Assembly: GCF_032191835.1 (NCBI RefSeq)
Contig: NC_083224.1
Span: 185,876,001-185,940,000, forward strand
DNA: 64,000 nucleotides
Source: Heteronotia binoei
Lineage: Eukaryota
Reading direction: 5' to 3'
Below the pieces are notes generated by a model. The model ran no database searches. It saw nothing but the letters and a program-made list of their open reading frames with translations, and was not told the DNA's origin. Shown one piece after another: positions 1 through 13,027 of the stretch (its first letter is position 1; every line of letters starts with the position of its first letter). Both the position numbers and the translations under genes were made by a program.

Positions 1-59
1 CTTTTGTCTTTGATTGTTTCTTTGATTGCTTGATTGTTTTAACTCGGTTATTATATGTT

Positions 60-382
60 CAGGGGTGGCCAAACTGTGGCTCGGGAACCACATGTGGCTC
101 TTTCACATATTGTGTGACTCTCAAAGCCCCCACTGCCCTGTTGGCCAGCTTGGAGAAAGCATTTGCCTCTTTAAATCAAGCCAAGCCAACCGGGGGCTTG
201 GAGGACGCATTTAGAGTTAAAGTTGTTTTCTTTCCACCTCTCCCTCCCCCCCTCTATTTTCCTTCCTTCTGTCCTTCCTGCCTGCCTTGTGGCTCTCAAG
301 CACCTGACATTCATGTCTTGCGGCTCTCAAACATCTGTTTATTTTATGTGACTCTTACGTTAAGCAAGTTTGGCCACAACTG
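60..382. mobile_element. hAT-like MITE family (CAGGGGTGGCCAAAC ends); related copies near 31520-31672, 33660-33945, 38223-38850, 40850-40982, 58611-58950
   Basis: Shared TIR and internal GGAGCCACATGTGGCTC motif; the first copy is flanked by TTATATGTT on both sides. Confidence 0.75.
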
Positions 383-1943
383 TTATATGTTATTGTTATT
401 TTATTTATACTTTAATTGCCATGAGCCACCTTGAGCCCATTTTTGGGATGGGGCACAATATAAGCCTAATAAATGAATAAGCCCCCCTGACCTTCGCAAA
501 ACAGGAGATGAGGCTCCTAATCAACGACGGCTGTTTAGACAGCCAAAACTTCTCTTAATGTGACAGTGATGGAAGATCACAAATCCCTTGGCTCTTACTC
601 TTCTGGATGGAAATAGAATTCTTCTACCAGGCAAAGGAGGAGGAAAGGACATCTCACAGCCTGATCCCAACTTTTTTTTTTCTTCTGAGAAACAAATTCT
701 ACTGATTTCACTGGGACTCGCCTCCAAGAAAACAAGAAGTTACAGGCTGCAAGAAGGGGGTTGGAGTATGTTCAATTATGGAACACAAACAAGATGGATT
801 GATGCAAGCCAGTGCCAAGGCCCTAAGCAGGGTTCGTTTTGTAGAAAAATAGTTGGTGGAGCTTATTAGCATACCTCATTAGCATATGCCACCCCCCACA
901 CACACACACACCAGCCAAAAGCAACCCGACGCAATAAAGGAGAGCCCTGGACCAGTGAGGCCTGCTTGGGCTGCTGGAGATCCCACCAGCCCAAGCAGGC
1001 CTCACTCACCTGAGGCTCTCCTTGGCTGCCCCCCCCCAGTCAAAAGGTCAGCATGCCACCTGCCGCCCAAAATCACATAAGTGGAGAAAGGGTGGTGTGA
1101 GCTTCTCCAGGGGTTAATGAGGGCTGAGGGGGGTGGGGAGAATAACTCCTGGTAGCTGACTGGCTGCCCGCTCTCCTAATCCAGGAATTGTTATGCAGCT
1201 GCACCTACTATTCAATGGACAAGGTAGGTGGGGAGGAGGGGGGGCATCGGAAAGGTTCAGGAGCTGTGCTCCTGTGAGCTCCTGCTGAATTCAAGGTCTG
1301 GCCATAAGACCCCCAAAAGACAGCTCCCACACAGTGAACTGGAAAGAAGCTAAGGGGGAGCTGAAGAGCAGCCTGGCGAGTGCAAACAACAGAGGTTCTC
1401 CAGCCAAGAAAATTAAAATCCCGTTTAACTTTGGAAATGGTAGAAAAGAGTAAGAGACCAGTAACACCTTAAAGACTAACAACATTCGCGGTAGGCTCAC
1501 TTCTTCAGATCCTTCAGGTCAGCTGTGATCCTTTAAGGTGCTGCTGGACTCACTCTTTTCTACTGTTTTTTTTTTTTTAACTTTTCTGCTGCTAGACAGA
1601 CAGACTAACACGGCTACCCATCTTGATTCGTAAATGATGTTTAAATCTTTTCAAATAAGTAAGCAGAGGGTTGCCACTACTTTCCTGCAAGCTTTGTATT
1701 AATACTGCAGACACTGGAAGACATAAAGTGCCTCTGAGCATACACAGAATATTGTCCCTTCAGCACAAGAGAAATCATGCCCAGATTCCCAACACTCCAG
1801 GGACTATGGGCAAGTTTTCTGCCAGAAGCCACTCCACTCCCCATTTTAGATGTTCGGCTCTCAGCCTCCGCTGGGGATAGCCCTCACTTCACAGAAACCT
1901 CTTCTTCACCATCCTGTGTGGTTAGTGCATTTTGGTCACTTAC

Positions 1944-2150
1944 CAGATCAGTTAACTCCAGCGTCCTCAGTAGGAAGCCCAAGAGGCAACCGGAGACCAC
2001 TGAAAACAAAGAAAGTGTCAAAAGGCCATTTTTGTTCCAGAACACCTGGAGTGCCTTCCGGACTTTCGAGAAGGCCACAGACAATGGACTCAAGAAAGAT
2101 TCCTTCATGCTGTCCCACATGGTGCCCTTCAGTGTCCCATGACAATCCAT
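1944..2150 (-). CDS. First coding exon of an SLC1A/EAAT glutamate transporter (EAAT5-like, best resembling SLC1A8); remaining exons lie left of the window
   Basis: Translation MDCHGTLKGTMWDSMKESFLSPLSVAFSKVRKALQVFWNKNGLLTLSLFSVVSGCLLGFLLRTLELTDL (69 codons). KNGLLTLS..VVSGCLLGFLLR is the TM1 signature of SLC1A7/SLC1A8-type EAATs. It ends at a phase-0 CTG|GTAAGT donor at the family's exon-1 boundary. The start Met is uncertain (2150, or the M of MWDS or MKES). Paralog identity is not settled, so no symbol is given. Confidence 0.8.
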
Positions 2151-3496
2151 CCTGAACAGGAGAGCACAGTGGCAAGGCTGAAGTTCTGGAGGCCGTTGGG
2201 CTTCATTGAGGGAAATTCCGGTACGGCCGGATCATGCCTCGCTGTGGGATTGGAGCACGTCTGAAGGCAGAAGGCATAGAGACGCTATCTTTCTCTCCCT
2301 AATAATCTCTACCGAGAGGCAAGCCAGCAGCCATCTGAATGCCTTTAAGCTTAATGGGAAATGACATCTCAGATGACGTCATTCAAGCCCAAGGTACGTT
2401 GCTATGAAACCCAATCAAGAATCAGCTTGTGGCACTGTAAAGACTAACAGATTTAGTAGGAAAGCTGATGGGAGCCGGTATATAAACTAGTTGCTTGGAG
2501 AATGAGCTACATGATCTGGGAAGACCCCGGTGGCCTCTGGAAAGTCACAGCTCACCATCTGTAAAACAGTGGTAGTAACACAGAATGGGTCCTCAACGTG
2601 GTACCCGCCAACACCTTTCCTGATGCCCACTAAGGCTGCGATCACACACACTAAATAATGTACTTTCATTCCACTTTCAATGCACGTTCCAACTGGATTT
2701 TACTGTGTGAACTGGCAAAATCCAGTTGGAAAGTACATTGAAAGTGCATTATTTAGCGTGTGCGATCACAGCCTAAGCGTTTTTAGTAAGCAGACAGCCA
2801 GCTAGGGCTCTTGCCCGGCAAGGCTCCTGATGAGCCACTGGAAATCCGACTGTCTGGCCAGATTAAAACAACATTGTTTCAGAGCCATCTGCCACCACTA
2901 TGTTGGTTTTATTATCGGTCAAGGTTTTTAAAAAATCACTTAGAACTCTGATTACAGAACTCTTCATGCATATCTGGTTTGGCCCATAGTGGGGATCTGG
3001 CCTCAGGTTCTTCCTGGTCTAACTCCAACATACTTCCCATTACCACCATCCTGCTATATCAGCTCTCATCTATCCAATGCAAGCAGCCTGTACATCATCA
3101 GAGGTAGCCTCTATGATTGTTTTATGTTGTCTGTAAACAGGCTCCAGAGCTGAAACTGAACCCCAGACAAGAACTTTCATCTCACTGTAAGCCTTCTCAG
3201 TCATTTTTGGCACTCCAACTGTGGTTAACGTGTCAGACTAGGATATGGTGGGATCCAAATTCAAATCTCTGCTCAGCCATAAAGACCCCTGACCTTGGGC
3301 GAGTCACTTCCTCTCACCCTGGCTTCCTCGAAGAGCTGTTGTGAGAACAGCAGGGCGAAGAGGGAAGACCATACATACCCTATTAAGCAAACTGGTGGAA
3401 AGATGGCGGGGAAATAACAGACATTTGATAAACTGCTGGTTCTTATATTTTCAGTTATGTTTCCAAGCTTCCTTTGTCTATCCAGAACACCTAGAG

Positions 3497-4112
3497 CAGG
3501 GGTCCCCAACCCCCCGGGCCGGGGACCAGTACTGGGCCACGGCCTGTTTTCATGGACCGCGCAACCTCGTCGCCCCCCCCACACACAGCAGCTCCTCCTT
3601 TCCCGGTTCCTCCTTCTTCCTTTGCCCCCCCCCCCTCCCACCGATCAGCCGGGGAAAACCACTGCAGCAGCATCGCTTGACGCTGCTGCCGCCCGTCGCC
3701 TGCCCTGGGCTCTGCAGCTGCGGCGTGCCTGCCTCCTCCTCTGTCACCTCCTTCTCTTCCCTTCCTGTCCTCCCCAGGCTTAAAATGTTGAAAAGACGGG
3801 GGAAGAGGTGGCAAGGCTGCACGGGGAGTGAAGGAGGAAAACTGGGGGTGGGGGGGGGTGGGGAGGATAGATCCAGGTGGGCAGCCGTGTTGGTCTGAAG
3901 CAGAACAAAGTAGGAGTCAAGTTGCACCTTTAAGAGGTAGCGAGGCTGCTTGGGGGGGGAGGAGAGAAGAGGAAAATGGGGGAGGAAAACAGGAAGGAGG
4001 CGCCGGGGGGGGCAGGCCGAATTGGGTCCCCCCACCCGGCCAACTCTATGGCTGCGGCTGGCGGGTTGGCCCTGGAGCTGGTCCCCGGGGCCAAAAAGGT
4101 TGGGGACCACTG
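3497..4112. mobile_element. hAT-type MITE
   Basis: TIR CAGGGGTCCCCAAC / GTTGGGGACCACTG; 8 bp TSD ACCTAGAG (3489-3496, 4113-4120). Confidence 0.9.
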
Positions 4113-4129
4113 ACCTAGAGGACATCCAG

Positions 4130-4620
4130 TAGGGTTGCCAAGTCCAGTTCAAAAAATATCTGGGGACTTTGGGGGTGCAGCCAGGAGACATTGGGGTGGA
4201 GCCAGGAGAAAGGTTGTGACAAACATAACTGAACTCCAAAGGGAGTGCTGGCCATCACATTTAAAGGGACCACACACCTTTTAAATGCCTTCCCTCCATT
4301 GAAAATAATGAAGGACGGGGCACTTTTGGGGGCGGTCATAGAATTGGACCCCCTGGCCCAATACTTTTGAAACTTGGAAGGTGTTTTGAGGAGAGCTACC
4401 AGAAGCTGTGCAGCAAATTTGGTGTATCTACCTGAAAAAACATCTCCGTCAGAGCCCCAGATAACAAATCAATTTTCCCTTATACCCTATGGGAATCAGT
4501 CTCCATAGGGAATAAGTGCCCAGCAGACATTACTCCACCCCTCACTTTCTGATGACCCTGAAGCAAGGAGAGGGCCTCTAAACCCGGGATCCCCTGCTCC
4601 CACCTGGGGACTGGCAACCT
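4130..4620. mobile_element. Abundant non-autonomous element with AGGGTTGCCAA...TTGGCAACCCT ends; more copies at ~21072-21604, 22457-22960, 27395-27880, 36590-37215, 43065-43510 and many short derivatives
   Basis: Inverted termini and near-identical internal blocks (GGGGACTTTGGGGGTGGAGCCAGG, TTTCCAATGGAGGGAAGGCATTTAAA) recur throughout the window. Boundaries approximate. Confidence 0.75.
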
Positions 4621-5029
4621 TAACAATCAGACATCAATTCCTGCACCCAAAGTGCACAGTAGCTCTACAAATGAAGGCGGGGGGTGGAGGGAATGTCTCA
4701 AGACCAAAGCCTTTCTTTTCTTCTTTACTTCCTCCCTTTAAACATCCAGCCAATAAAGAGTCTGGAGAACTCAAAAGCTTGCACATTGTCGCCTGTTTAT
4801 TCTGACTTGGCTTAATAAACAGCATGAAATGGTGTCTGCTTTTGCAATTCGGTGTGGACCAGCTCAACAAATAACATGAGTAATTGGATTTTCTTGTTAT
4901 TAAAAGCAATGCTTAGCTTCGTCTGTATCCTAGCATCGTCCAATATCTCCAATTAAGTCGTGTGACAAGAATACTAAATACAAACCCAAACTATCACATA
5001 ATCCACACTGAAAATAAACACTACCGTCC

Positions 5030-5560
5030 CGCTAATTCGCCGTCAACAAAACCTATTTGAGAGCACGTGGAGAACGACCAGGCGTGGCCTCGGAAGAAGG
5101 GCGGGAACTGTCCCTCTGATTGACAGCCGGGCTAACGCGCAGGCGCACTAACAACGGCAGCCCAAGATGGCGGCGATGGCGGGAGCCGACGGAGCGCCGC
5201 CGGTAGCTTCCTCAGCGGCACCGCCGCCGGCGGAGGACCCTGAGTCCTCAGCTCCAACTTCCGCCGCCTTGGCTTCGGCACCTTTGAGCGCGGCCCGGCC
5301 AGCTCGGCTCCCGTTAGCGCGGGTGAAGGCGCTGGTCAAGGCGGACCCCGACGTCACGCTCGCCAGCCAAGAAGCCGTTTTCATCTTGGCGCGCGCCACG
5401 GTGAGAGGGCGGGGCCTGTGACGTAGCCTGCGCTGAGGCTCGCGCTTGTGGCCGATTTAATGGTAGTGGGCGGGGCTACGGAGCCTGGTGATTGGATAGG
5501 ACTCCCGTTTGTTGCGGGGGGGGGGGGGAGACAGCTTTAGGTTGGCGCTCGTGTATTATT
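5030..5560 (+). promoter_or_regulatory. CpG-island housekeeping promoter / exon 1 of POLE4
   Basis: CpG-dense segment in CpG-poor surroundings. E-box CACGTG 5064-5069, NRF1-like GCGCAGGCGCA 5137-5147, YY1 motif CAAGATGGCGGC 5163-5174 overlapping the ATG. Confidence 0.8.
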
Positions 5561-8500
5561 AACGTTAATAAATATGCATTGCTAATCGTTAATAATTTCC
5601 AGCAATAATTATTGTTAAGCATAGTTTATAACAATTAGTAATTGGCATAGTTGTGGTTACCATTATTGCTAATAATAATTAATGCTGCTGGAATTCCAAG
5701 GAAAAATAATTATTAATGCTGCTGGAATTCCAAGGTGGGTTATAAATGAGGTCTGTCTGTTGCGTGATGAACAACAGCCCGGTAGTGGTAAGTTGAAGTA
5801 GCACTGCGTTCCTGGGGACTTAAGTACCCCCTCAGAACTCTTTGGTTAGCCAGTATGGTTGCCAGGTCTGTGTTGGAAAATCCCTGGAGACTTTGGGGGT
5901 GGATCCAGGAGAGGGCGGGGTTTGGGGAGGGGAGGGGCCTCAGCAGGGTAATGTCATAGAGTCCATCGTTCAAAGCAGTCATTTTCTCCAGGGGAGCTGA
6001 TTTTTGCAGCTGGAGTTCAGTTGTAAAAGCAGGAGATCCCCAGGCCCCACCTGGAGGCTGGCAACCCTACTAACCATCCCGAAGGATTTGGTATGACTGG
6101 AGTTCTTCCTGAGCGCTAGATGGGGCTTGGAAGTCATCACCAAACTGATGTTACTGACAAAGTGCCTTTCCCTCTGCTCCCTAATCTCTCCTCCAGGAGT
6201 TGTTTGTGGAAACGATTGCAAAAGATGCCTACATCTATGCCCAGCAAGGAAAAAGGAAAACCCTACAGAGGAAAGATCTAGGTGGGAAGCATATCCTCCT
6301 CATCTGCAGTGCTGTTACAGCTCTGCGCATTGCATCCTTTTTGCAAATAAGTTTTGGCAGATGACTATATTTCCTTGATGACCCCATAGGCTGAAGGCAG
6401 GATCGCCAGGGGACAGTTCTGAGCTGTCGCTGCAATCGGAGTGTATGGAATTCTTACGGCTGCTCATTGAATGCGTCAGCATTAGAAGCAGACATTTTAA
6501 AAAGTAAAAAGGTAGTCCCCTGTGCAAGCACCAGTCGTTTCCAACTCTGTGGTGACGTCGCATCACGGCGTTTTCGTGGCAGACTTCTTTTATGGGGTGG
6601 TTTGCCATTGCCTTCCCCAGTCATCTGCACTTTACCCCTAGCAGAAGAAAAGCTTGCAGCACAGGGGAGGTTGGGTTAGAAGTACAACTAACTAAATAAA
6701 TAAAGTGTAATAAAATAAATGAAATGAAGAAGAAGAAGAAGACCGCCCTTCTCTCTGAACCAGTGGCTCAGAGTGGTTTACAATCTCCTATATCTTATCC
6801 CCCCACAACAGACACCCTGTGAGGTGGGTGGGGCTGAGAGGTCTCTCACAGCAGCTGCCCTTTCAAGAGCAACTCCTATGAGAGTTATGGCTGACCCAAG
6901 GCCATTCCAGCAGCTGTAAGTAGAGGAGTGGGGAATCAAACCCAGGTTCTCCCAGATAAGAGTCCACGCACTTAACCACTACACCAAACTGGCTGTAGTG
7001 GAAGGGTGGGCAAGCTTAGACCTTTGGATGCAGAATAACTGCAGGAGGCATCGCACGTAGAAGAAGAAGAAGAATTGCAGATTTATACCCCGCCCTTCTC
7101 CCTGAATCAGAGACTCAGAGCGGCTTACAATCTCCCATGTCTTCTCTCCCCACAACACAACAGACACCCTGTGAGGGGGGTGGGGCTGAGAGGGCTCTCA
7201 CAGCAGCTGCCCTTTCAAGGACAACTCCTGCGATAGCTATGGCTGAACCAAGGCCATTCCAGCAGCTGCAAGTGGAGGAGTTGGGAATGGTGAGCAGAGA
7301 CTTACAGTGCAATCCTGAGAACACTTTCCTGGGAGTAAGTCCTGCTGAGCAGACTTTAGTAGGATTCTCTGCTTGGAATTGCACTGTTGAAGAAAGGATG
7401 TACGCAGGAGGTAAGGGACGGGGGTAGACAAGGCACAGAGAAGGGGGTCTATAAAAAAAACATATGGTGCCAGATGCTTGAGAGGTTGTGTGCAGTTGCA
7501 AGGCAGTGTAGTGCAGTGTTTAAGAGTGTCGGACTTGTATTTGGGAGACCCAGGTTCGAATCCCCATTTGTGATATGGAAGCTCCCTGGATGACCTTGGG
7601 CCAGTCACACTCCTGCAGCCTAACCTCCCTCACAAGGTTGTTGTGAGGATAAGGATGTAGCAGAGAAGAATTACGTAAGCTGCTTTTGAGTCTCCATTGG
7701 GGAGAAAGATCATAGTCTGACCACCCTTCCACTACATTTCATTCGTTTTATTACACTTTATTTATTTATTTAGTTGGACTTCTAACTCAGCCTCCCCTGT
7801 GCTGCAAGGCGTAGGGGTGGGTTGCAATAAGTTAAATAAAGTAAAAATAAGGGATCTGGTAAAACCGTTGGGTAGGGAGAAGCTGGGTTCAGATTTCAAG
7901 TCGATTTGAACTAGGTGGCTAGAACTTACCTAGCTACGATCTGATTCTCCAGCTAGTACTTAGCCTTAGCTACCTTCGCAGTGTGTCAGGCAGCAGTTCC
8001 CCAGAGAGTACTGAGATCGGAACCCAAAATCTTCTCGCTATCCCCGGGCCAAAAGAAGCCCACCTAAAATCTACTAGGGACAGGGCCTTCTCTGTTATGG
8101 CCCCTGTGTGGTGGAACCAGCTGCCGGAGAAGGTGAGGGCCCTGCGGGACCTTATTCAGTTCTGCAGGGCCTGTAAGACAACCCTCTTCCGGCTAGCTTA
8201 CACCTAACTGACATAGGAAATTAAATGTAGCTCTACCAGATTCTTGCTATACATACTGTTGTAATGCTTAATGTTTTTAAGGTTTTAAATGTTTATATAT
8301 TTAAATACCAATTTAATTTTATGTTTGACTACCTGTTGTGAGCCGCCCTGAGCCACCTTGGTGGAAAGGGCGGGATATAAATCATAAATAAATAAATAAA
8401 TATTTTTTTCCCTTCTCCCTCTCTCCCCTGCTCCTTCTGGTCATTTTTTTTTCTGTTGCAGACAATGCCATCGAAGCAATAGATGAATTTGCCTTTCTGG

Positions 8501-10259
8501 AAGGTACGACACTGGCTAACGTCTATTCGGTATTTTGCATCGGAATAGCCGACTGGAACGGAATCAACTTAGACTTCAGATTAGGGAAGCTGAGGCTGCT
8601 CTTACGGCAAAGGTCTTCGCTTAAGCTAGCGAGACCCGCTTGGGACAGATGTCAAGGGGGCGGGCAGCTTTGCCTCGGGGGATGTGTCCATTTGAAATAT
8701 TAAAAAATAGAGGGCAGCCGCATTGCTGCTGTGATATGGTAGGGATTTGAAATATGATTTTATTGCACGCGTGTATCTGTGTTTACACTGATGCACACCA
8801 CCCTGAGCCCTGCTCTACAGGGACGGGCGGTTTGAAAATCTAAATAAATAAATCACAGTCAGGCTCAAAAAAGCTGCAGAAAGTTGACGTGGGATTTTAT
8901 TCCGTTGAACTATTTCTCTTCCATATTCTCTGGCGTCTTTTAGAAGCAGCTGGAAGTTGGTCTGATTTTTTTTCAAAAAAAAAAAGGCAGTCAGACTCAT
9001 TAAAGTAGCAATCAACAGCATAGGCAGATCCAGTAAGAATGGGTGTGGGGAGGGGGGAAGGTGGTAGACGGCGATCTTAGGAGGCCTCTGATGATTTTGT
9101 TAAACTGCCTGAAGCGGCCTTTTTAAAAGGAAGCAGGCTCTTGAGGGAAGCCGAAGGGGAGGGGCTGTGGCTGAGAGGTAAAGCATCTGTTTGGCATGCA
9201 GGAGGTCCCAGGTTCTATCCCTGGCATCTCCACTTAAAAGGATCAGGTAAGAGATGACGTGAAAGAGCTCTGCCTGACATCCTGGAGAGCAGCTGCTAAT
9301 CTAAGTAGACAATACTGACCTTGGCCAACCAACGGTTTGATTCGCTATAAGGCTGTTTCACTTGGATGCAAATGTGTATACTTGCCTGAGGAAATGCTAG
9401 TTAGTTGCAGGGACTCTGACAGGCATATTTCTTTCCCTGATGTTTGTCTTTTCCTACTTGTTTCCTGCTGCCTCCTGATGTAGGTTTCGCCATGGGAGAA
9501 GAGGCATGGGGGATGTGGGCTCTAATTCAGGCCCTCTCCCAGACATGATCTTACACATATTTGAACTCTGCAATCCCACACACACCAGGCAGAATGAATT
9601 GAAGACCTCATTAGCACTTAGAAGGCTAGTAAACAGTACATTTCTAAGATAGTACAGCAGAGCACTCAGCATTTCAGACTGGGGACAGTGTGTGGCTTTT
9701 TTGGATTCTCCCTCCAAATGGAAAAATGAAGGATAGCAACAACTGGGGGGACTGGAATGCTTCTAATAGAATGAGTTTTCTGATTGCATGGGGTTTTAAA
9801 AATATACTGGAGCTTTCACAAAAGGCAGTTACTACCTGCAGCTGAAGTGGTGCAGTCTGTCAAGCCAGCTCAGAATGCAGCCGTCTCTTCCCACTGTGGA
9901 TAGATCCAAGTGGGCAGCAGTGTTGGTCTGAAGCAGTAGAACAAAGTAGGAGTCAAGTGTCACCTTTAAGACCAACAATGTTTTATTCAGAATGTAAGCT
10001 TTCGTGTGCTCTAAGCACACTTCATCAGATGAGGAGTCAGGTCTGATGGTGTGCTTCGAGCACACAAAAGCTTACACTCTGAATAAAACTTTGTTGGTCT
10101 TAAAGGTGAACCTTGGCTTCTACTTTGTTCTTCCCACTGTGGGCACAGGTCGCATATGCCATAAAACCAAAAGGCTGTGTTGATCCTTTGATTATACTCA
10201 GACCAGCAAATGTGTCTCAAGGTGTGCTTTCTTTCCGGGAGCTAGGTACGCTGGACTGA
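5167..10259 (+). CDS. POLE4: DNA polymerase epsilon subunit 4 (histone fold), 4 exons, 124 aa
   Basis: Exons 5167-5400, 6197-6281, 8462-8503, 10246-10259; all introns GT-AG; 375 nt in frame. Protein contains RLPLARVKALVKADPDVTLASQEAVFILARAT-ELFVETIAKDAYIYAQQGKRKTLQRKDL-DNAIEAIDEFAFLE-GTLD*, matching vertebrate POLE4. Confidence 0.97.
7985..8400 (+). mobile_element. L2-type LINE 3' end; further copies ~29890-30305 and ~42395-42780
   Basis: RAFSVMAPVWWNQLPEKVRAL...FCRACKTTLF resembles the L2 ORF2 C-terminus, followed by GTGAGCCGCCCTGAG and an (AATA)n tail. Confidence 0.7.
9897..10110. mobile_element. Penelope-type terminal repeat in inverted (tail-to-tail) arrangement; related copies ~1430-1620, 3866-3935, 14628-14800, 21000-21070, 21730-21860, 28315-28390
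   Basis: 9961-10029 is near the reverse complement of 10042-10105; contains CTGATGA-stem-GAAA hammerhead-like core and the GAATAAAAC...GGTCTTAAAGGTG tail. Confidence 0.65.
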
Positions 10260-10594
10260 AGAGAGCAAAGGGCAGTCTCTGGAAGGAAAAAGAACCTGGC
10301 TGAGCTGAAGAGTCGGAGGGACGATACCCTTTGAGAAGGCAGAAGATCCGTGTCTGTCTGCCAGCCCACTGGGTCCAAAGTAGTCCTGAAATGGGAAGCT
10401 TTCCCCAGGTTTAAGCATGAAATGGGAAACTTTTCCCCAGTATACTATAGTGGTTTGTACAAAGTTTATGCACTTTCAATACACACATTTTTCCCCCGTT
10501 ACGTTTGTGTTGTATTTTGATTTTGCATCAGAGCTGTCCCCAGTCAGTGGTTCTCCAGGAACAAGAGGGGATAGAGCATCATACAACTGTTGGG

Positions 10595-10785
10595 TAAAGC
10601 CCAGGCTCAGCAAAACTGAGCTATAGAACACCTAAAACAACCCTTCTAGCAATAGCAAGATGCCTACTCATAACAAGCTAACTTGCCTGACCCCTGCTGG
10701 GGGGAAGCTGTAAATACAGCCATCTATTTACACAATAGAATTCCTTCTTCAGTCATAGGAGGTTCCCATAAAATGTTTCAGCGAG
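10595..10785 (+). mobile_element. Ty1/copia integrase C-terminal relic
   Basis: With one frameshift reads QQN*AIEHLKTTLLAIARCLLIQANLPDPCWGEAVNTAIYLHNRIPSS, matching the copia consensus QQNGxAERxNRTLxxxARxML....LP..FWxEAVxTAxYLxNRxPS. Confidence 0.75.
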
Positions 10786-11067
10786 AATCCACGAGCGCTG
10801 TATGGTCCTCTCTCTTGCCTGCTTTGTTTCCTTATCAGTGGGATTGGGTGGTGCCCCCGTTCCCCCCCAGCTTCTCTGCCTATCCAAATTTGCCTTTGTA
10901 TCAGAGCCTGCGAAAAACTATTGCCTAAAAGGAGGGACAGGCTGCTGATTTCAGACAGATTTGGCCTGTGCTTTTTAGGGCATCCCTTCAGAGAAGGCTC
11001 CGAACAGGATAGCAGATTGTCACGCTTTGGAGCAGGTTCTCTCCTGAACAAGTAGGTTCATTTAGAC

Positions 11068-11679
11068 CAGGGGTGTCAAACCTGCAGCCCAGGGGCCAAA
11101 GCAGGCCTCCGAAGAGCTATCAGGCCCCTGAGCAACTGGCTGGTCATCTGCTTCCTTCTCCCCCTCTCTTGGTTCCTTCTGCATAACAACTTGCTTTGCA
11201 AGGCTTGCTCAATAGCACAGGAGCTACAGAGCAAAACTTCTGTTTTATCCATTGGCTGAGGCTCCTCTCAAGGAGGAAGGGGGGGAGGCAGAGCTTGCTT
11301 TTCCAGGTTCTCTCAATCCCATAGCAGAGCTACTGAGCCAAGCCTCTCTTCCCTCTATTGGTTGAGGCTCCTCCCCCTCCTGGTCCCCTGGGGAAGGAAG
11401 AAAAGAGCCAGAGCTTCCTTTGCCCAGTTCCCTGGATCCCATGGAAGAGATGCAAAGAAAGCACCTTTAAGACCAAAGAGTTCTAATGTTTTAAGCATGT
11501 TTTATTGTAGGGATTTTAAAAAATAATAATTGTGTTTGTCTGTGTCCTTTGTAAAGTTGATATCTCTGCTACCTAATCTTAAATAGGTACACGCTTGGCC
11601 TGGCCCAACATGGACTGGCCTGACAAAGTCTCATTTATGTCAGATCCATCCCTCACAACAAATGAGTTTGACACCCCTG
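11068..11679. mobile_element. hAT-type MITE
   Basis: TIR CAGGGGTGTCAAAC / GTTTGACACCCCTG; 8 bp TSD ATTTAGAC (11060-11067, 11680-11687). Confidence 0.9.
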
Positions 11680-11708
11680 ATTTAGACTAAGGCAAAGAGA
11701 TCCCAAGA

Positions 11709-12017
11709 AAGAGCCCTGTGGTACAGGGTGGTAAAGCTGCAGTACTGCAATCTGAGCTTCTCTGCTCACAACGTGAGTTCGATCCTAGCAGAAGCTGGGT
11801 TCAGGTAGCTGGCTGAAGGTTGACTCAGCCTTCCATCCTTCCGAGGTTGGAAAATGAGTACCCAGCTTGCTGGGGGGGAAGTGTAGATGACTGGGAAAGG
11901 CAATGGCAAACCACCCCGTAAAAAGTCTGCCATGAAAACGTTGTGAAAGCAACGTCACCCCAGAGTCGGAAACAACTGATACTTGCACAGGGGACTACCT
12001 TTATCTTTACCTTTTTA
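11709..12017 (+). mobile_element. Sauria SINE
   Basis: tRNA-like head AAGAGCCCTGTGG..GTGGTAAAGCTGCAG, GTTCGATCC B-box, core GTTGACTCAGCCTTCCATCCTTCCGAGG, Bov-B-like tail ending in TTTACCTTT. Confidence 0.85.
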
Positions 12018-13027
12018 CCATTCCACAAGGTAGCCGGTCCTGTTCCTCCCCAGCATATTTACTCAAACTTTTAAAGTATAAGCAGGGGTCATTTTGTAGA
12101 AAAATAGATGGTGGAGCTCATTAGCATATGCCGCCCCCCACCAGCCAAAAGCAACCTGACGCAAGAAAGGAGAACCCCAGGCAAGTGAGACCTGCTTGAG
12201 CTGGCTAGAGATCCAGTCAGCCCAAGCAGGCCTCGCTCACCTGGGGCTCTCCTTGGCCACCCACCCCCTGTCAAAAGGCCAGCAAGCCACCTGCCACCCA
12301 AAATCACATAAGAAGTGGAGAAAAGGTGGTGTGGGCTTCTCCAGGGGATAATGAGGGCTGCTGGGTGTGTGGCAAAGCCCCTGGTGGCTGGCTGGCTGGC
12401 TGCTTTCCTAATCCAGAGATTGTTATGCAGCTGCACCTACTATTCAGTGGACAAGGTAGGTAGATGGGGAGGAGGAGGGGAGCCGTTAGGTTTAGGAGCT
12501 ATGCTTCTGTGAGCTCCTGCTGAATTCAAGAGTATAAGGAAGCAGACAGTACAAAGTAGGTAAGGAAGTCTAATGGCTGGAAGGGAAGATGTAAATGAGG
12601 ATGGAAGGCTAAGTAATTGAGAAAGAAGGTCAAGAACAAAGGAAAAGTAAATGGCATAGAAAGGTATTTTTCTTATCTTCCTTTTTAAGAGACAGCCTGA
12701 CTCCTTATTGAACCAAATAACTTGTTTCCCACATATGTCCAGCTTCACAAGTTAAAATAAACTTTGGGTACGCTTCCCTACACATGGCTTCATTTGTGTC
12801 ATTAATTTAGCACAGAGAAAAGCCCATTTTTAAGTTGCTCCAGTGTTCCCGCTTGCAAGCAATACTCCCTCTAAGGTACAGAGTCTTGTGAGCAAAAATT
12901 TTGCTTTTTGGGCCACGGGCATTAAAGCTGTGAGCTACTGCGTAGATTAGTTTCCTCCGGGGCCATTTTTCCTTGAGCCGAGACAAAAATGTGTGAGCCG
13001 GAGGCTAAAAGACAGTGAGCTAGCTGT

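Noticed and set aside
3273-4239. Cluster of long GC-rich ORFs
   Set aside because: Low-complexity interior of a TIR/TSD-bounded MITE; no protein motif.
1-5000. 3' exons of HK2 (expected from human gene order) or exon 2 of the SLC1A gene
   Set aside because: No hexokinase motif and no FPGELLMRMLK-like segment found; presumably outside the window.
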